Virus record (IMG/VR): IMGVR_UViG_3300050011_000542
Location: 1-64,000 of that record
Length of the DNA stretch: 64,000 nucleotides
Reading direction: 5' to 3' (one strand)
DNA from: a virus
A program made the position numbers and the translations under genes. Below, piece by piece: positions 1-9,256 of this stretch. How positions within the stretch are numbered: the first letter of the stretch is position 1; each line of letters starts with the position of its first letter. Under the pieces are notes generated by a model. That model was not told the origin of the DNA. It was given only the letters and a program-made list of their open reading frames with translations, and ran no database searches.

Positions 1-2
1 CT

Positions 3-218
3 GGTTTTACGACAGAAGAATTAGCTTTTGATTATTTAATGTGGAACGCTCTGGTCTCGGAGCGCCGAGCTACTCTCAACCCCGATATAGTGATCTGGTT
101 GTCAGTTTGGGATTGTCACGATTTAGCTATGAATGTGCGTGACGACGATGAGAGGAGATTTGAGCGACGGGGTCATTATCACGGTTGGTTTGATGCTAAA
201 AAAGGGGCAGGTCAGTGA
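3..218 (+). CDS. 3' end of hypothetical protein (truncated by window edge)
   Basis: Open frame GFTTEELAFDYL...KKGAGQ*; its TGA overlaps the GTG start of the next gene (GTGA coupling). Confidence 0.6.
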   Translation, partial: GFTTEELAFDYLMWNALVSERRATLNPDIVIWLSVWDCHDLAMNVRDDDERRFERRGHYHGWFDAKKGAGQ

Positions 219-1702
219 GTATTAAGTGCTTAGTGGACATAATTCTCACTGCCCAGCCGAATCAATGTTCGAGTATGGTGCATGGGTACAAATTTACAGA
301 GGCCGTGCTCAAGCAGCGCTCTGATGTGTTTTTCTATTGGATGGTGCCTGATTACCTGGACGAGGCTGGCATGGCCCAGTTGCCTCAGCACCCAAATATC
401 CGATACATCAAGGTAAAAGCTCACAAAGACCGCACCAAAGAATATCTGACCTTCAACGCCGATCACGACAACTGCGTGGCCTTCAACGGCGATACCTGGG
501 ATTGGGATATCCTGGTGACGACGCGCACTGGCATGACCCCGCTGATGAAGCTGGTGATGTCATCGCCCCGGCTCAGTAAGTTCACCTGGATCAAGGAAGT
601 CTGGCTGCTTGAAGAAATGCCCCTGATGGATTTCAAATCCTCAGTGGTTACGATTGACGCTGACGTGCAGGATCGCTTTACCATTGCTGGGCACCTTGCA
701 GCTGATAAGGTATGGATCGTCTCATATCACGAGAAAGGCCATATCCTGCGCCGGGCTAAGGATTTCTACTCGCCGGCCATGGTCCAGAGCCTCGACAAGA
801 AAATCAAGTCGATCTGCCCTAATTCCTTTTCGGCGTTCGATCTAAAAAAGCCAGAGCATTTCTTCGTGAAAGGCGGTGAGAAGCCTTTCTGCATTGCCTA
901 CACGGGACGCATGACCAAGACCTCGGCACGCTTGCACGAGACCAGCGACGTAATGCTACGCCAGTGGATCATGCGATCCGACGTGCGGCCGATGGTATGT
1001 ACGGTCAGCACTGGCCTCAAGGTGTTCAACAAGGACTCGACCGAGGTTCATTTCGCCAATCGGGAAGAGTTTTGGAAACTGGCCCAGGAAGATATGCACG
1101 TCATCCTGATCCTCTATACCGAAGGAGGCTTCGCCCTCTCGCTATTCGAGCCCATCATGCTAGGCACCCCAGCGATCGTCGCTAAGGAGGACTGGTCGGT
1201 CGCCATGCTGCCTGATTATCCTTTCCTGGCCAAATCCACGACAGAGGCTTACGGCTACTGCAAGCGCTTCTACGACGATTACGCAGGCATGTATGAGACC
1301 TTCCGGCAATGGCACCAGGAAGTGTTCATCCCGGTGTTCAAGAAGCGGTTCGAGACGGATCTGCTGCACGACTTGATGCTGCAGGGATTGACAGACTTCG
1401 AGACGCGAGTGCCCACCCTATTCAAAGATCGGGCAGCGCCCCGGTCCACTGGAGGTATCATTAAGACGCTTATCGATGCCCTGAAAGATCGTAATGAGTT
1501 TGTGCTATTCGATCTTATTAGAGAGCTCGGGGCGTCTGGTGAGTTTAAGATGTTGGCCCAGAAGACCGTAGACCATGATCGAGATCGCAGGGGCCTGGTC
1601 TGGAGCTCCCCCTGGCCGGATATAAGAATGATTCTCAAGGTGTTCTACGGCTGGGAAGACGCCTCGACTGTCACCGGCCACATGAAACGAAAAGCTGCCT
1701 AG
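215..1702 (+). CDS. GT-B fold glycosyltransferase-like protein (possible DNA-modifying enzyme)
   Basis: C-terminal GT4-like motifs IAYTGR and EGGFALSLFEPIMLGTPAIV; context next to dNMP kinase, ParB and terminase. Confidence 0.6.
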   Translation: MSIKCLVDIILTAQPNQCSSMVHGYKFTEAVLKQRSDVFFYWMVPDYLDEAGMAQLPQHPNIRYIKVKAHKDRTKEYLTFNADHDNCVAFNGDTWDWDILVTTRTGMTPLMKLVMSSPRLSKFTWIKEVWLLEEMPLMDFKSSVVTIDADVQDRFTIAGHLAADKVWIVSYHEKGHILRRAKDFYSPAMVQSLDKKIKSICPNSFSAFDLKKPEHFFVKGGEKPFCIAYTGRMTKTSARLHETSDVMLRQWIMRSDVRPMVCTVSTGLKVFNKDSTEVHFANREEFWKLAQEDMHVILILYTEGGFALSLFEPIMLGTPAIVAKEDWSVAMLPDYPFLAKSTTEAYGYCKRFYDDYAGMYETFRQWHQEVFIPVFKKRFETDLLHDLMLQGLTDFETRVPTLFKDRAAPRSTGGIIKTLIDALKDRNEFVLFDLIRELGASGEFKMLAQKTVDHDRDRRGLVWSSPWPDIRMILKVFYGWEDASTVTGHMKRKAA

Positions 1703-1729
1703 ATAACCACAAGACCATGGAGGGTCTAA

Positions 1730-2323
1730 ATGCTGGTAGGGATCATCGGTCCGAAAGAGTCTGGTAAGTCCACGTTGGCCCTGCAGCTGTGTGAGCACCA
1801 GGGCTTTAAGCGTATGCGCTTTGCTGACACTCTCAAGGAAATGCTGGTTTGTTTCTTTCGGGGCCAGGGCTGCCCCGAGACCAGAGCCTGGGATATGGTC
1901 GACGGCGAGCTCAAGGAAGTCGAAACTCCTTACCTAGAAGGCCGCACGCCTCGCTGGGCAATGCAAAGCCTTGGCACCGAATGGGGCCGGCGTCTTATTG
2001 CCGATCAGCTGTGGGTAAATGTCTGGCGCCGGTCGGTCGAGAAAGCTTTAGCGGCTAACGACAAAATAGTTGTCGACGATGTGCGCTTTGCGAACGAAGC
2101 CAAAGTCATCAAAGAGCTTGGTGGAACACTTGTCCGACTGGAAAGGGACGGCTGTGTTCCGGGCACGCATGCCTCGGAGCGCGAGTACCTCACAATCGGC
2201 CCCGACTTTACGATCATGAACCCGCGCTCTGCCAATAAGACAGAAAGACTTGATCCTCACATGTCTCGACTGGAACTGCTACGACGTTTCACTGCTGGGT
2301 GCATCAAGCATCTTGGGCGGTAA
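1730..2323 (+). CDS. Deoxynucleoside monophosphate kinase (T4 gp1/T5-like)
   Basis: GIIGPKESGKST P-loop, FADTLKE, TPRWAMQSLGTEWGR, VVDDVRFANE, HASE motifs. Confidence 0.9.
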   Translation: MLVGIIGPKESGKSTLALQLCEHQGFKRMRFADTLKEMLVCFFRGQGCPETRAWDMVDGELKEVETPYLEGRTPRWAMQSLGTEWGRRLIADQLWVNVWRRSVEKALAANDKIVVDDVRFANEAKVIKELGGTLVRLERDGCVPGTHASEREYLTIGPDFTIMNPRSANKTERLDPHMSRLELLRRFTAGCIKHLGR

Positions 2324-2325
2324 CC

Positions 2326-3174
2326 GTGAGCGCAATCGATAAGACCAAAGCGCTCAAGCGGCTTGTTGTCCCCGTCGATCAACTGGAGCCGAACCCTAAT
2401 AACCCAAACAAGATGAAGCCCAGCGAGTTTAATTTGCTCGTTGATAATCTCCAACGCACTGGTCTGACCGACGCCATCCTAGTGCGCCGGCTGGGCAAAG
2501 ACCGCTACCGCATTGTTGGCGGCCATCATCGCTGGGAAGCGGCCCGGTATCTCGAATTCTCCGAGGTGCCGATCTGTGTGATCGACGACCCCGACTTCGA
2601 TGACGATGCCGAGACCTTCCAAGTGGTCAGGATGAACGTCATCCACGGCCGCATGGACCCGACTGCCTTTACCGCCCTCTACGAGCAGATGAGCGGTAAA
2701 TACACTGAGGAGATGCTGCAGGATTTGTTCGGCTTCGCGGAAGAGGCCGAGCTTAGAAAGCTGATCAAGTCGACTGCCAAGGGCCTTCCCCCGGAGATGA
2801 AGCAGGCGTTCCAGGAAGCATCCGGGGAAATCAAGACTATCGACGACCTGGCCAAACTGCTGAACAGGCTATTTACCACGCACGGCGACAGCCTTCCCTA
2901 CAACTATCTTTTTCTTGACCACGGTGGAAAAGAGAGCATCTGGCTGCGTATCAATAAGTCGACGCTAGATGCTTGTTTTCTGATTGGAAATATTTGTCGA
3001 GACCGCAAACGCACCATGGACGACCTGGTAGGCTTTGTTCTGCAATCGATTGCAAAGGGCGAGCAGAACGACCTCCTCGACATGGCCCAGAAAGTTACCA
3101 AGGAAGTTGTAATCCCAGCAGGTATGCCTGTGTTGCCCACTAAGGACAACATCAAGGCAGTGATGTCGATCTGA
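2326..3174 (+). CDS. ParB/Sulfiredoxin N-terminal domain protein
   Basis: LEPNPNNPN...ILVR...YRIVGGHHRWEAA ParB-N motifs; GTG at 2326 just after upstream stop. Confidence 0.85.
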   Translation: MSAIDKTKALKRLVVPVDQLEPNPNNPNKMKPSEFNLLVDNLQRTGLTDAILVRRLGKDRYRIVGGHHRWEAARYLEFSEVPICVIDDPDFDDDAETFQVVRMNVIHGRMDPTAFTALYEQMSGKYTEEMLQDLFGFAEEAELRKLIKSTAKGLPPEMKQAFQEASGEIKTIDDLAKLLNRLFTTHGDSLPYNYLFLDHGGKESIWLRINKSTLDACFLIGNICRDRKRTMDDLVGFVLQSIAKGEQNDLLDMAQKVTKEVVIPAGMPVLPTKDNIKAVMSI

Positions 3175-3755
3175 TGTCGACCGAGGCTTACGCACCGCTC
3201 AAAGCCTTGGGCGAACAACGGATGTCCGATCTCACCGATCTAATGGTGACGGGGCAGTCGATCTCGTCGCTCGTGCGCGTGCTGCATGAGGAATGGTGTG
3301 TCTGCCTCGACATGAAAGCCGCAGCTCTGCACAAGATGCTGCAGCGCTACCGCAAGAATGTCGTCGAGCCAACTGAGCGGGAAAGAATTTCCCAGGCCCT
3401 GGTAGCCAAGAGACTGCCAGAAGTAAGGCTCACGTTAAACGCCCTGCACGAGCTCGAAGCCACCATCATGGTGCAGCAGGAGCGTATCCAAAAAGCCTTG
3501 AACACTGAAAATAAGATGCAGGGCCTCTTACTCAAAGATACCCGTGAGGAGATACGCCTATTAAAAGATTTGTTGCATGAACTAGCGATGGTGCAGCTTG
3601 AGACCGGCGTGATGAAGCGTGCCACCAAGACTTTCCAGGGCACTTTCCTCAACCCCGATGGCACCCTCTCGGCCGTGCAATGGACCGAGAAAACCGAAGA
3701 GGCGCTCCAGTTCCTGGAGCAGGATTTGCTTGAACTCGCCGCACCAGCAGATTGA
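3174..3755 (+). CDS. Probable terminase small subunit
   Basis: Helical/coiled-coil 193 aa protein immediately upstream of and overlapping TerL; positional call. Confidence 0.5.
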   Translation: MSTEAYAPLKALGEQRMSDLTDLMVTGQSISSLVRVLHEEWCVCLDMKAAALHKMLQRYRKNVVEPTERERISQALVAKRLPEVRLTLNALHELEATIMVQQERIQKALNTENKMQGLLLKDTREEIRLLKDLLHELAMVQLETGVMKRATKTFQGTFLNPDGTLSAVQWTEKTEEALQFLEQDLLELAAPAD

Positions 3756-5607
3756 CGTGCTCCGGCAGAAGCTGGAAGCCTGTCGTATCGTCTTAGAGCA
3801 GTACACCCTGTCTGGGCCGATAGTGCTGCAATACGGCCTTACCATGAAGGACGTGCGCGAGCGCGTGTCCTACTACGTCCGCATGATTAAGCACTTCCAG
3901 GGTATTGAAAGCCCAGAGAAGTATCTATGCCTCCCCGTAGACGCCGACACCTTTCTCATGGCTCCGGAGCTGGGCAACCATAGCGAGTCTGTATATCCCG
4001 AAGTGCGCAGGTGTTTCGCCGAGTTGAATTCTGGGCAGTATGTAGAGGGTGTGTTCACCGGAGGCATCGGGTCAGGTAAAACTCAGATCTCACTATGGAC
4101 ACAAGAGTTTCAGCTTTACTTGCTGTCTTGCTTGAAGAACCCACACAGGGAATTCAACCTAGACCCGTCCAGTGAGATTATGTTCGTGTTCCAGAACCTC
4201 TCTGGGAAGCTGGCTAAGGTTGTCGACTTTGACAGGTTCAAAGCCTCCGTAGAGCAGATTGCCTATTTCAAACTGCATTTCCCGTTCGACCCTAATTTAA
4301 CTTCAGAGTTAAGATTTCCAAGACGAATTATAATAAAACCTCTTACTGGTGATGTAGGTGCAGCTATTGGTCAAAACATTTTTGGCGGGATTATCGATGA
4401 GGTGGATTTTATGGCCATCGTCGAGAAGTCCAAACAATCAACAGACGGTGGTGAATTTGACCAAGCTAAGGAAATGTATGATTCTATTGTTAGAAGGCGC
4501 AAATCTCGCTTCTTAATTAATGGCAAGATGCTTGGTATGCTTTGCCTTGTTTCTTCTAAAAGGTATCCGGGGGCTTTCACAGATAGAAAGGAGCTGGAGG
4601 CCAAGACTGATAATACGATCTATGTTTACAACAAGCGTGTCTGGGAGATTAAACCGCCTGGCACTTATTCCGGCGAATGGTTCTATGTTTACATTGGCAC
4701 TGATAGTCAGAAGCCCCGCATACTCCAAGATGGAGAAGACGTAAGTGGCCTCAACCCAGATTTAATTAGGCCGATACCTGTAGAGCTTCGCACTGAGTTC
4801 AACCGCGATCTCCTGTCGGCTCTGCGGGACATCGCGGGCGTAGCCACCCTGGCGCTGCACCCGTTCATTCTCGATCGTGATGCTTTAGGCCGGGCTTTTG
4901 GCCGCTGCATCTCGATCTTGTCTTCTGAGACGTGTGATTTCACGACCTCGCAACTGAAGATTTTCCCGCGTCGGTTTATCCGGCAGCAAGAGCCCCGGTG
5001 GATACACCTAGACATCGGTATCACTAAGGACAGCCTGGGCATGTCTTGTGCCTGGGTGCCGGGGTTTGTGAACATTCCCCGCACCGAAGATGAGTCAGAG
5101 CAGCTGCCACAGATCCAGTTTGATTTTGTATTGGAAGTACCGCCCCCACCTCACGGGGAAATCTCGCTAGAGCGGGTACGGTCGGTTATCTACAAATTAA
5201 GAGAGCAGGGCCTTAACATTCGATGGGTGTCTATGGACTCGTCGAACTGCCGTGACATGATGCAGATCTTGCGTAGTCGAGGTCTTACGTCTGGCTACAT
5301 CTCGGTAGATGCCACATCACTGCCTTATGACCTCTGCAAGACAGCTATGTACGACGGCCGGTTGTCGGCCCCGATGCACGATAAGGCTTTGTCTGAATTC
5401 GGAAGGCTTGAGGTGGATGTCAAATCAGGGAAGATCGATCACCCGGCAGATGGTAGCAAAGATTCGAGCGACAGCATGGCAGGTTGTGTGTATGGCCTCA
5501 CCATGCGCCGAGAGATTTGGCACCGCTACGGCATCCCGCCCAATGCAATTCCCCGGAGCCTGATAGCTAAGATCCAGTCAGGGCCAAGCCAAGGAGTGGC
5601 GATATGA
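3730..5607 (+). CDS. terL: Terminase large subunit
   Basis: Walker A GGIGSGKT, Walker B GGIIDE, RNase H-like nuclease HLDIG and DHPADGSKDSSD; start (TTG 3730 or GTG 3757) uncertain. Confidence 0.9.
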   Translation: MNSPHQQIDVLRQKLEACRIVLEQYTLSGPIVLQYGLTMKDVRERVSYYVRMIKHFQGIESPEKYLCLPVDADTFLMAPELGNHSESVYPEVRRCFAELNSGQYVEGVFTGGIGSGKTQISLWTQEFQLYLLSCLKNPHREFNLDPSSEIMFVFQNLSGKLAKVVDFDRFKASVEQIAYFKLHFPFDPNLTSELRFPRRIIIKPLTGDVGAAIGQNIFGGIIDEVDFMAIVEKSKQSTDGGEFDQAKEMYDSIVRRRKSRFLINGKMLGMLCLVSSKRYPGAFTDRKELEAKTDNTIYVYNKRVWEIKPPGTYSGEWFYVYIGTDSQKPRILQDGEDVSGLNPDLIRPIPVELRTEFNRDLLSALRDIAGVATLALHPFILDRDALGRAFGRCISILSSETCDFTTSQLKIFPRRFIRQQEPRWIHLDIGITKDSLGMSCAWVPGFVNIPRTEDESEQLPQIQFDFVLEVPPPPHGEISLERVRSVIYKLREQGLNIRWVSMDSSNCRDMMQILRSRGLTSGYISVDATSLPYDLCKTAMYDGRLSAPMHDKALSEFGRLEVDVKSGKIDHPADGSKDSSDSMAGCVYGLTMRREIWHRYGIPPNAIPRSLIAKIQSGPSQGVAI

Positions 5608-5789
5608 ATTTCATCTTCTGGTCCGATACCAATGAGCGTCTGTGGCAGGACGCCGTAGACGCCGCAGGCTTCGATGTACGCTATCAGGTGATCCAGTCAG
5701 GCTCACGAAACTGCGGGGTGTTTACCGGCAATCTGCCAGACAGCCTGATAGACCTCGCTAAAGAGCTGGGCGCTGACATTATAGATTAG
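5604..5789 (+). CDS. Hypothetical protein
   Basis: ATGA overlap with terL, AAGGAG RBS. Confidence 0.6.
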   Translation: MNFIFWSDTNERLWQDAVDAAGFDVRYQVIQSGSRNCGVFTGNLPDSLIDLAKELGADIID

Positions 5790-5804
5790 ACCAAGGAGGG
5801 TCAT

Positions 5805-6278
5805 GTGCGTAACTACGAAGTGATCGAACGCTGCGTTCTCGCCACCATGCTAGGGTCTGTTGTAGAGAGCCTGCAGAGGCAGGGAATGACTCTGCGAGCA
5901 GATGTGCTCAAATACCTGAACACGGCTGCAGCGGCCCCGCTGGGCGCACTACGGCCCGCTGAAGTGGGTGTGCATGCCCGACACGCTGTCGATATGTCAG
6001 ACGCCCTGCTGAAATCCATTAATGAAGACGATCTCCGTACCGTGCTGTTGATCGTGTGTCTCTTTATCGAGAAGCTGGTTGACGAAGGCTTGTTCGTGGA
6101 TGTGCAGAATCAAGCTGTGCTGATAGCCATGCTGATTGTTACCGAAGCCAAGGAAGATGAAGGAGCGGGCTGGCCCGCCTTGCAAGACCGTCTGATGATG
6201 AGAGCCAGCAACCTGGTTTGTCGAGCCCAGTTGCTGGGGTACTTTACTCAGCTAACCATGAAGCCAATCCTGCATTAG
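5805..6278 (+). CDS. Hypothetical protein
   Basis: ORF with AAGGAGG RBS in a hairpin. Confidence 0.7.
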   Translation: MRNYEVIERCVLATMLGSVVESLQRQGMTLRADVLKYLNTAAAAPLGALRPAEVGVHARHAVDMSDALLKSINEDDLRTVLLIVCLFIEKLVDEGLFVDVQNQAVLIAMLIVTEAKEDEGAGWPALQDRLMMRASNLVCRAQLLGYFTQLTMKPILH

Positions 6279-6289
6279 TCGCTATTTAA

Positions 6290-6317
6290 TTGACCTCTGC
6301 ACGGGGCCAGGTACTTT
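6290..6317 (+). promoter_or_regulatory. Putative sigma70-type promoter TTGACC-N16-TACTTT
   Basis: Intergenic, upstream of the PPDK block; same 16-nt spacer architecture at 11597, 59849 and 62213. Confidence 0.4.
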
Positions 6318-6352
6318 AACCCGTACCAAATTCCTACACCAATGAGGGTGTC

Positions 6353-6565
6353 GTGCAGAAGTCAGCTCTCGAAGTTCACGGCCTGTTAAAAGCCAAGGGC
6401 GGCAAAGTCCAGGCTTGGGTGCAACTCGCGCCTGGTCATGGGTTGTTCGTGTATGTGGAAAAAGGACATCTGGCCGATGGGCTCAAGATGTTCAGTTCCG
6501 CCCTCAAGATCGAAGTGGCCGAAATGGAAGACGGCACCCCGATGCTGGGAGGGCCGGCAGCATGA
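6353..6565 (+). CDS. Hypothetical protein
   Basis: ORF coupled (ATGA) to PPDK-like gene. Confidence 0.65.
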   Translation: MQKSALEVHGLLKAKGGKVQAWVQLAPGHGLFVYVEKGHLADGLKMFSSALKIEVAEMEDGTPMLGGPAA

Positions 6566-8634
6566 TCAAACTCTCCGATATCGTGCGCTTTTCCAAAGAT
6601 TTGAACGCATACGACTACATTACAGAAAAAGGCGAAGAGGCTGCTATAGCCAGGCTAGGAGGTAAGGGCCAGGGCTTGGTCGCCATGACCCTGTTAGGCA
6701 TCCGCGTTCCCCCAGGCTTTATCATCGGGACGGACTGGTGCAATCAATTTCAGCAAGATCCAGAGGGGGTGATGGAGGCGGCGAAAGCCGATCTGCCGGC
6801 CCATCGTAGTTGGATGCAGCTGAGCAGCGTAGCTGGCAAGGATCATCTGGTTTCGGTTCGGTCAGGCGCCCCGGTGTCAATGCCAGGAATGATGGACACC
6901 ATCCTTAATGTCGGTCTCACCAAAGAGACTATGGGTATCTGGGAGAAGAAGCTGGGCCGGCGCACGATGCTCGACTGCTACCGGCGACTGATCTCGATGC
7001 TGGGCACTACGGCTTACGATATTCCGGCCGATCGCTTTGCTATGATCCTGGACAAGATGAAAAACCAGGAGGCTGTAAATAGTGACAAGGATTTAAATGC
7101 TAATGCGCTGGAAGCTATAATAGCCGAGAGCCTGGTGTTGTTCAAAGCCAGCACCGGCAAGGATTTCCCCGATACGGTCGAAGAGCAACTGCTTGTTTCA
7201 ATCGAGACGGTGTTCAAATCCTGGAACAGTGAAAGAGCCAAGATTTATCGTAAGCTCGAAGGCATACCAGACGACCTGGGCACTGCTGTTACCGTTCAGA
7301 TGATGGCCTTCGGCAATCTTAATGAGCAGTCTGGGACAGGCGTGATGTTCTCACGGAATCCCAATACGGGAGAGAACACGCCACTGATCGAGTATCTGGA
7401 CAACGCCCAGGGCGAGGATGTGGTTGCCGGTATCAGGACGCCTTATACCCCTACCGACAAGAAGATGCTGATGGAGTTGAAGAGCATCCTCTACACTCTG
7501 GAACAGATGTACCAGGACATGGTGGATGTCGAGTTCACCGTGCAGGATGGCGTGATCTACGTGCTGCAATCCCGCAAGGGAAAGCGCACGGCACGGGCGG
7601 CTGTCAAAGTGTGGCTCGACATGGATGGTAGCCTGGCTGGCTTTAAGAAGCGGGTAACGCGCAAGCAGCTGCATCAGTTGTTCAAGCCCCAGCTAGACCC
7701 GAGTTTTAAGGCGCCTCCGATGTTCGAGGCTCTCGGGGCGAGTGCTGGTTTCGCCCAGGGCGAGGCAGTGTTCTCGGCCCAGGCTGCAATCGATTGCAAT
7801 GCCGCAGGCAGGCCCTGCATCCTCGTCCGCTCCGAGACTTCTCCTGACGATATCGGAGGCATGGAAGCAGCCAAGGGAGTGCTCACAGCGACAGGTGGCA
7901 GCACATCTCACGCGGCCGTCGTGGCGAGAGGCAGAGACAAGCCATGCGTGGTCGGCTGCACGGCCCTGACATTCCATGAAGACGGCACTGTAGACCTGGG
8001 CGACGTGCTCCGCGAGGGTGACAAGATCGCGATCGACGGCGATACTGGCAGGGTATGGCGTGACGTAGACCTGCCGGTTATATCGGCCGAAGGCAGCGAG
8101 CTTGTCGCCAAAGCTTGCGAGTCGCTGATGTACGATTTAGCCAAGCGAGGGATTGAGATAGCTAAACAAATTATCGATCCTTATGCCTCGACCTTTCTAT
8201 CTTTTTCAGAAGTAGCCGCCGATGCGCTAGTGTTGTATGATCTAACATTGCCAAGTCACAAATTAGAAGACTCAGACTTAGAGTTTCTGGACAGCTGTGG
8301 AAAGACGGTTGATCTAAGCCAAGACCTGGCGACTATGGCTATAACTGCAGCTGCTTTACAGCAGGCTCCAGACAATTGTTACGCTCTGTATCCTTACCGC
8401 AAGAAGTCACCTGATTTGCCTGCCAAAAGGCGTTATGGCCCAGCCCCGGTATCGGTTGGCGAGGCTCTATTCAAAACCACGCCTTGTCAGGTAGCCATGG
8501 AGAGCATCATCGAAGTCGGTCGTTTGCAGGGTTTCCATAAGCTCCGGGCAGCCTTGAAAAAGTCGGGCACCGTAGCACCCTTGTTTCAGGTTGTGCCTTT
8601 AGAGTATGCTTTGTTTTCAGTTCTAGCCGACTAG
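6562..8634 (+). CDS. PPDK-like dikinase: ATP-grasp plus phosphohistidine swivel domain, lacking the pyruvate/PEP TIM barrel
   Basis: LGGKG, VPPGF, LVSVRSGAPVSMPGMMDTILNVG, GTAVTVQMMAFGN, NAQGEDVVAGIRTP, DVEFT, LQSR, ETSPDDIGGM, GGSTSHAAVVARG; about 690 aa with an unrelated C-terminal about 130 aa. Confidence 0.9.
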   Translation: MIKLSDIVRFSKDLNAYDYITEKGEEAAIARLGGKGQGLVAMTLLGIRVPPGFIIGTDWCNQFQQDPEGVMEAAKADLPAHRSWMQLSSVAGKDHLVSVRSGAPVSMPGMMDTILNVGLTKETMGIWEKKLGRRTMLDCYRRLISMLGTTAYDIPADRFAMILDKMKNQEAVNSDKDLNANALEAIIAESLVLFKASTGKDFPDTVEEQLLVSIETVFKSWNSERAKIYRKLEGIPDDLGTAVTVQMMAFGNLNEQSGTGVMFSRNPNTGENTPLIEYLDNAQGEDVVAGIRTPYTPTDKKMLMELKSILYTLEQMYQDMVDVEFTVQDGVIYVLQSRKGKRTARAAVKVWLDMDGSLAGFKKRVTRKQLHQLFKPQLDPSFKAPPMFEALGASAGFAQGEAVFSAQAAIDCNAAGRPCILVRSETSPDDIGGMEAAKGVLTATGGSTSHAAVVARGRDKPCVVGCTALTFHEDGTVDLGDVLREGDKIAIDGDTGRVWRDVDLPVISAEGSELVAKACESLMYDLAKRGIEIAKQIIDPYASTFLSFSEVAADALVLYDLTLPSHKLEDSDLEFLDSCGKTVDLSQDLATMAITAAALQQAPDNCYALYPYRKKSPDLPAKRRYGPAPVSVGEALFKTTPCQVAMESIIEVGRLQGFHKLRAALKKSGTVAPLFQVVPLEYALFSVLAD

Positions 8635-8643
8635 GAGTGTCTG

Positions 8644-8955
8644 GTGCCTCTCATTCTCACGCTAAAGCAAGGCGAAGGTTTCACGGTCGGAGACAAGACC
8701 GTCATCGTCGACAAGATCCTGTCGGAGACGCAGTTTATCCTGCGGGTAGCTGGCGGCGAGGTTGTCGCGGTAGACGATATGAAAATGACGAAAATCGCCC
8801 CGGGAGTGAGAGTGATGTCGGGCACTCGTGGACAAAACACGCTGGCACGGGTATGTATCGAGGCTCCCTTGGATATGAAGATCCATCGGCGCCAAGGATA
8901 CAGCAATGCCCATTCCGAGAGGCGACATCAATACGGACGGGCTGGGCCGCTATAG
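8644..8955 (+). CDS. Divergent CsrA/RsmA-like RNA-binding translational regulator with internal insertion
   Basis: LILTLKQGEGFTVGD aligns with CsrA LILTRRVGETLMIGD; RVCIEAPLDMKIHR aligns with RIGVNAPKEVSVHR including the R44 equivalent; AGGAG RBS. Confidence 0.75.
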   Translation: MPLILTLKQGEGFTVGDKTVIVDKILSETQFILRVAGGEVVAVDDMKMTKIAPGVRVMSGTRGQNTLARVCIEAPLDMKIHRRQGYSNAHSERRHQYGRAGPL

Positions 8956-9229
8956 CCTGGCAGAAGGGATTGTAGAGGCTGCTAAGGCTCAGGGGCTATT
9001 CGGTAATGTTGCGGGCTTCATACTCCGCGCTGCCAGCGAGTCAGGTCCCTACAAGCACCCAGAGGGCAACAGGAGATACTTTAACTACCTGCTCGATATC
9101 CAGGGCGGCGTAGTTGTCGGGATTAAGCGTATGGACAGCGACACGCCAATGTCGCGGGCCGGTGCCAAGAAAGCAGACTTGTCTAAGGAAATCGTGGCCC
9201 AGGTGATAAAGAAGCATCTGGGCGGGTAA
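8906..9229 (+). CDS. Hypothetical protein
   Basis: ORF filling the operon gap. Confidence 0.6.
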   Translation: MPIPRGDINTDGLGRYSLAEGIVEAAKAQGLFGNVAGFILRAASESGPYKHPEGNRRYFNYLLDIQGGVVVGIKRMDSDTPMSRAGAKKADLSKEIVAQVIKKHLGG

Positions 9230-9256
9230 CACCATGCAACTCCATGGAGGGAGCAA

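Noticed and set aside
3619-3729. Long N-terminal extensions in the ORF track (also 6415, 10827, 50490, 57779, 59795)
   Set aside because: They overlap upstream genes; downstream starts have RBS or stop-start coupling
6562-8634. Calling this ppdK, an auxiliary metabolic gene for gluconeogenesis
   Set aside because: The pyruvate/PEP-binding barrel is absent, so canonical activity is not supported
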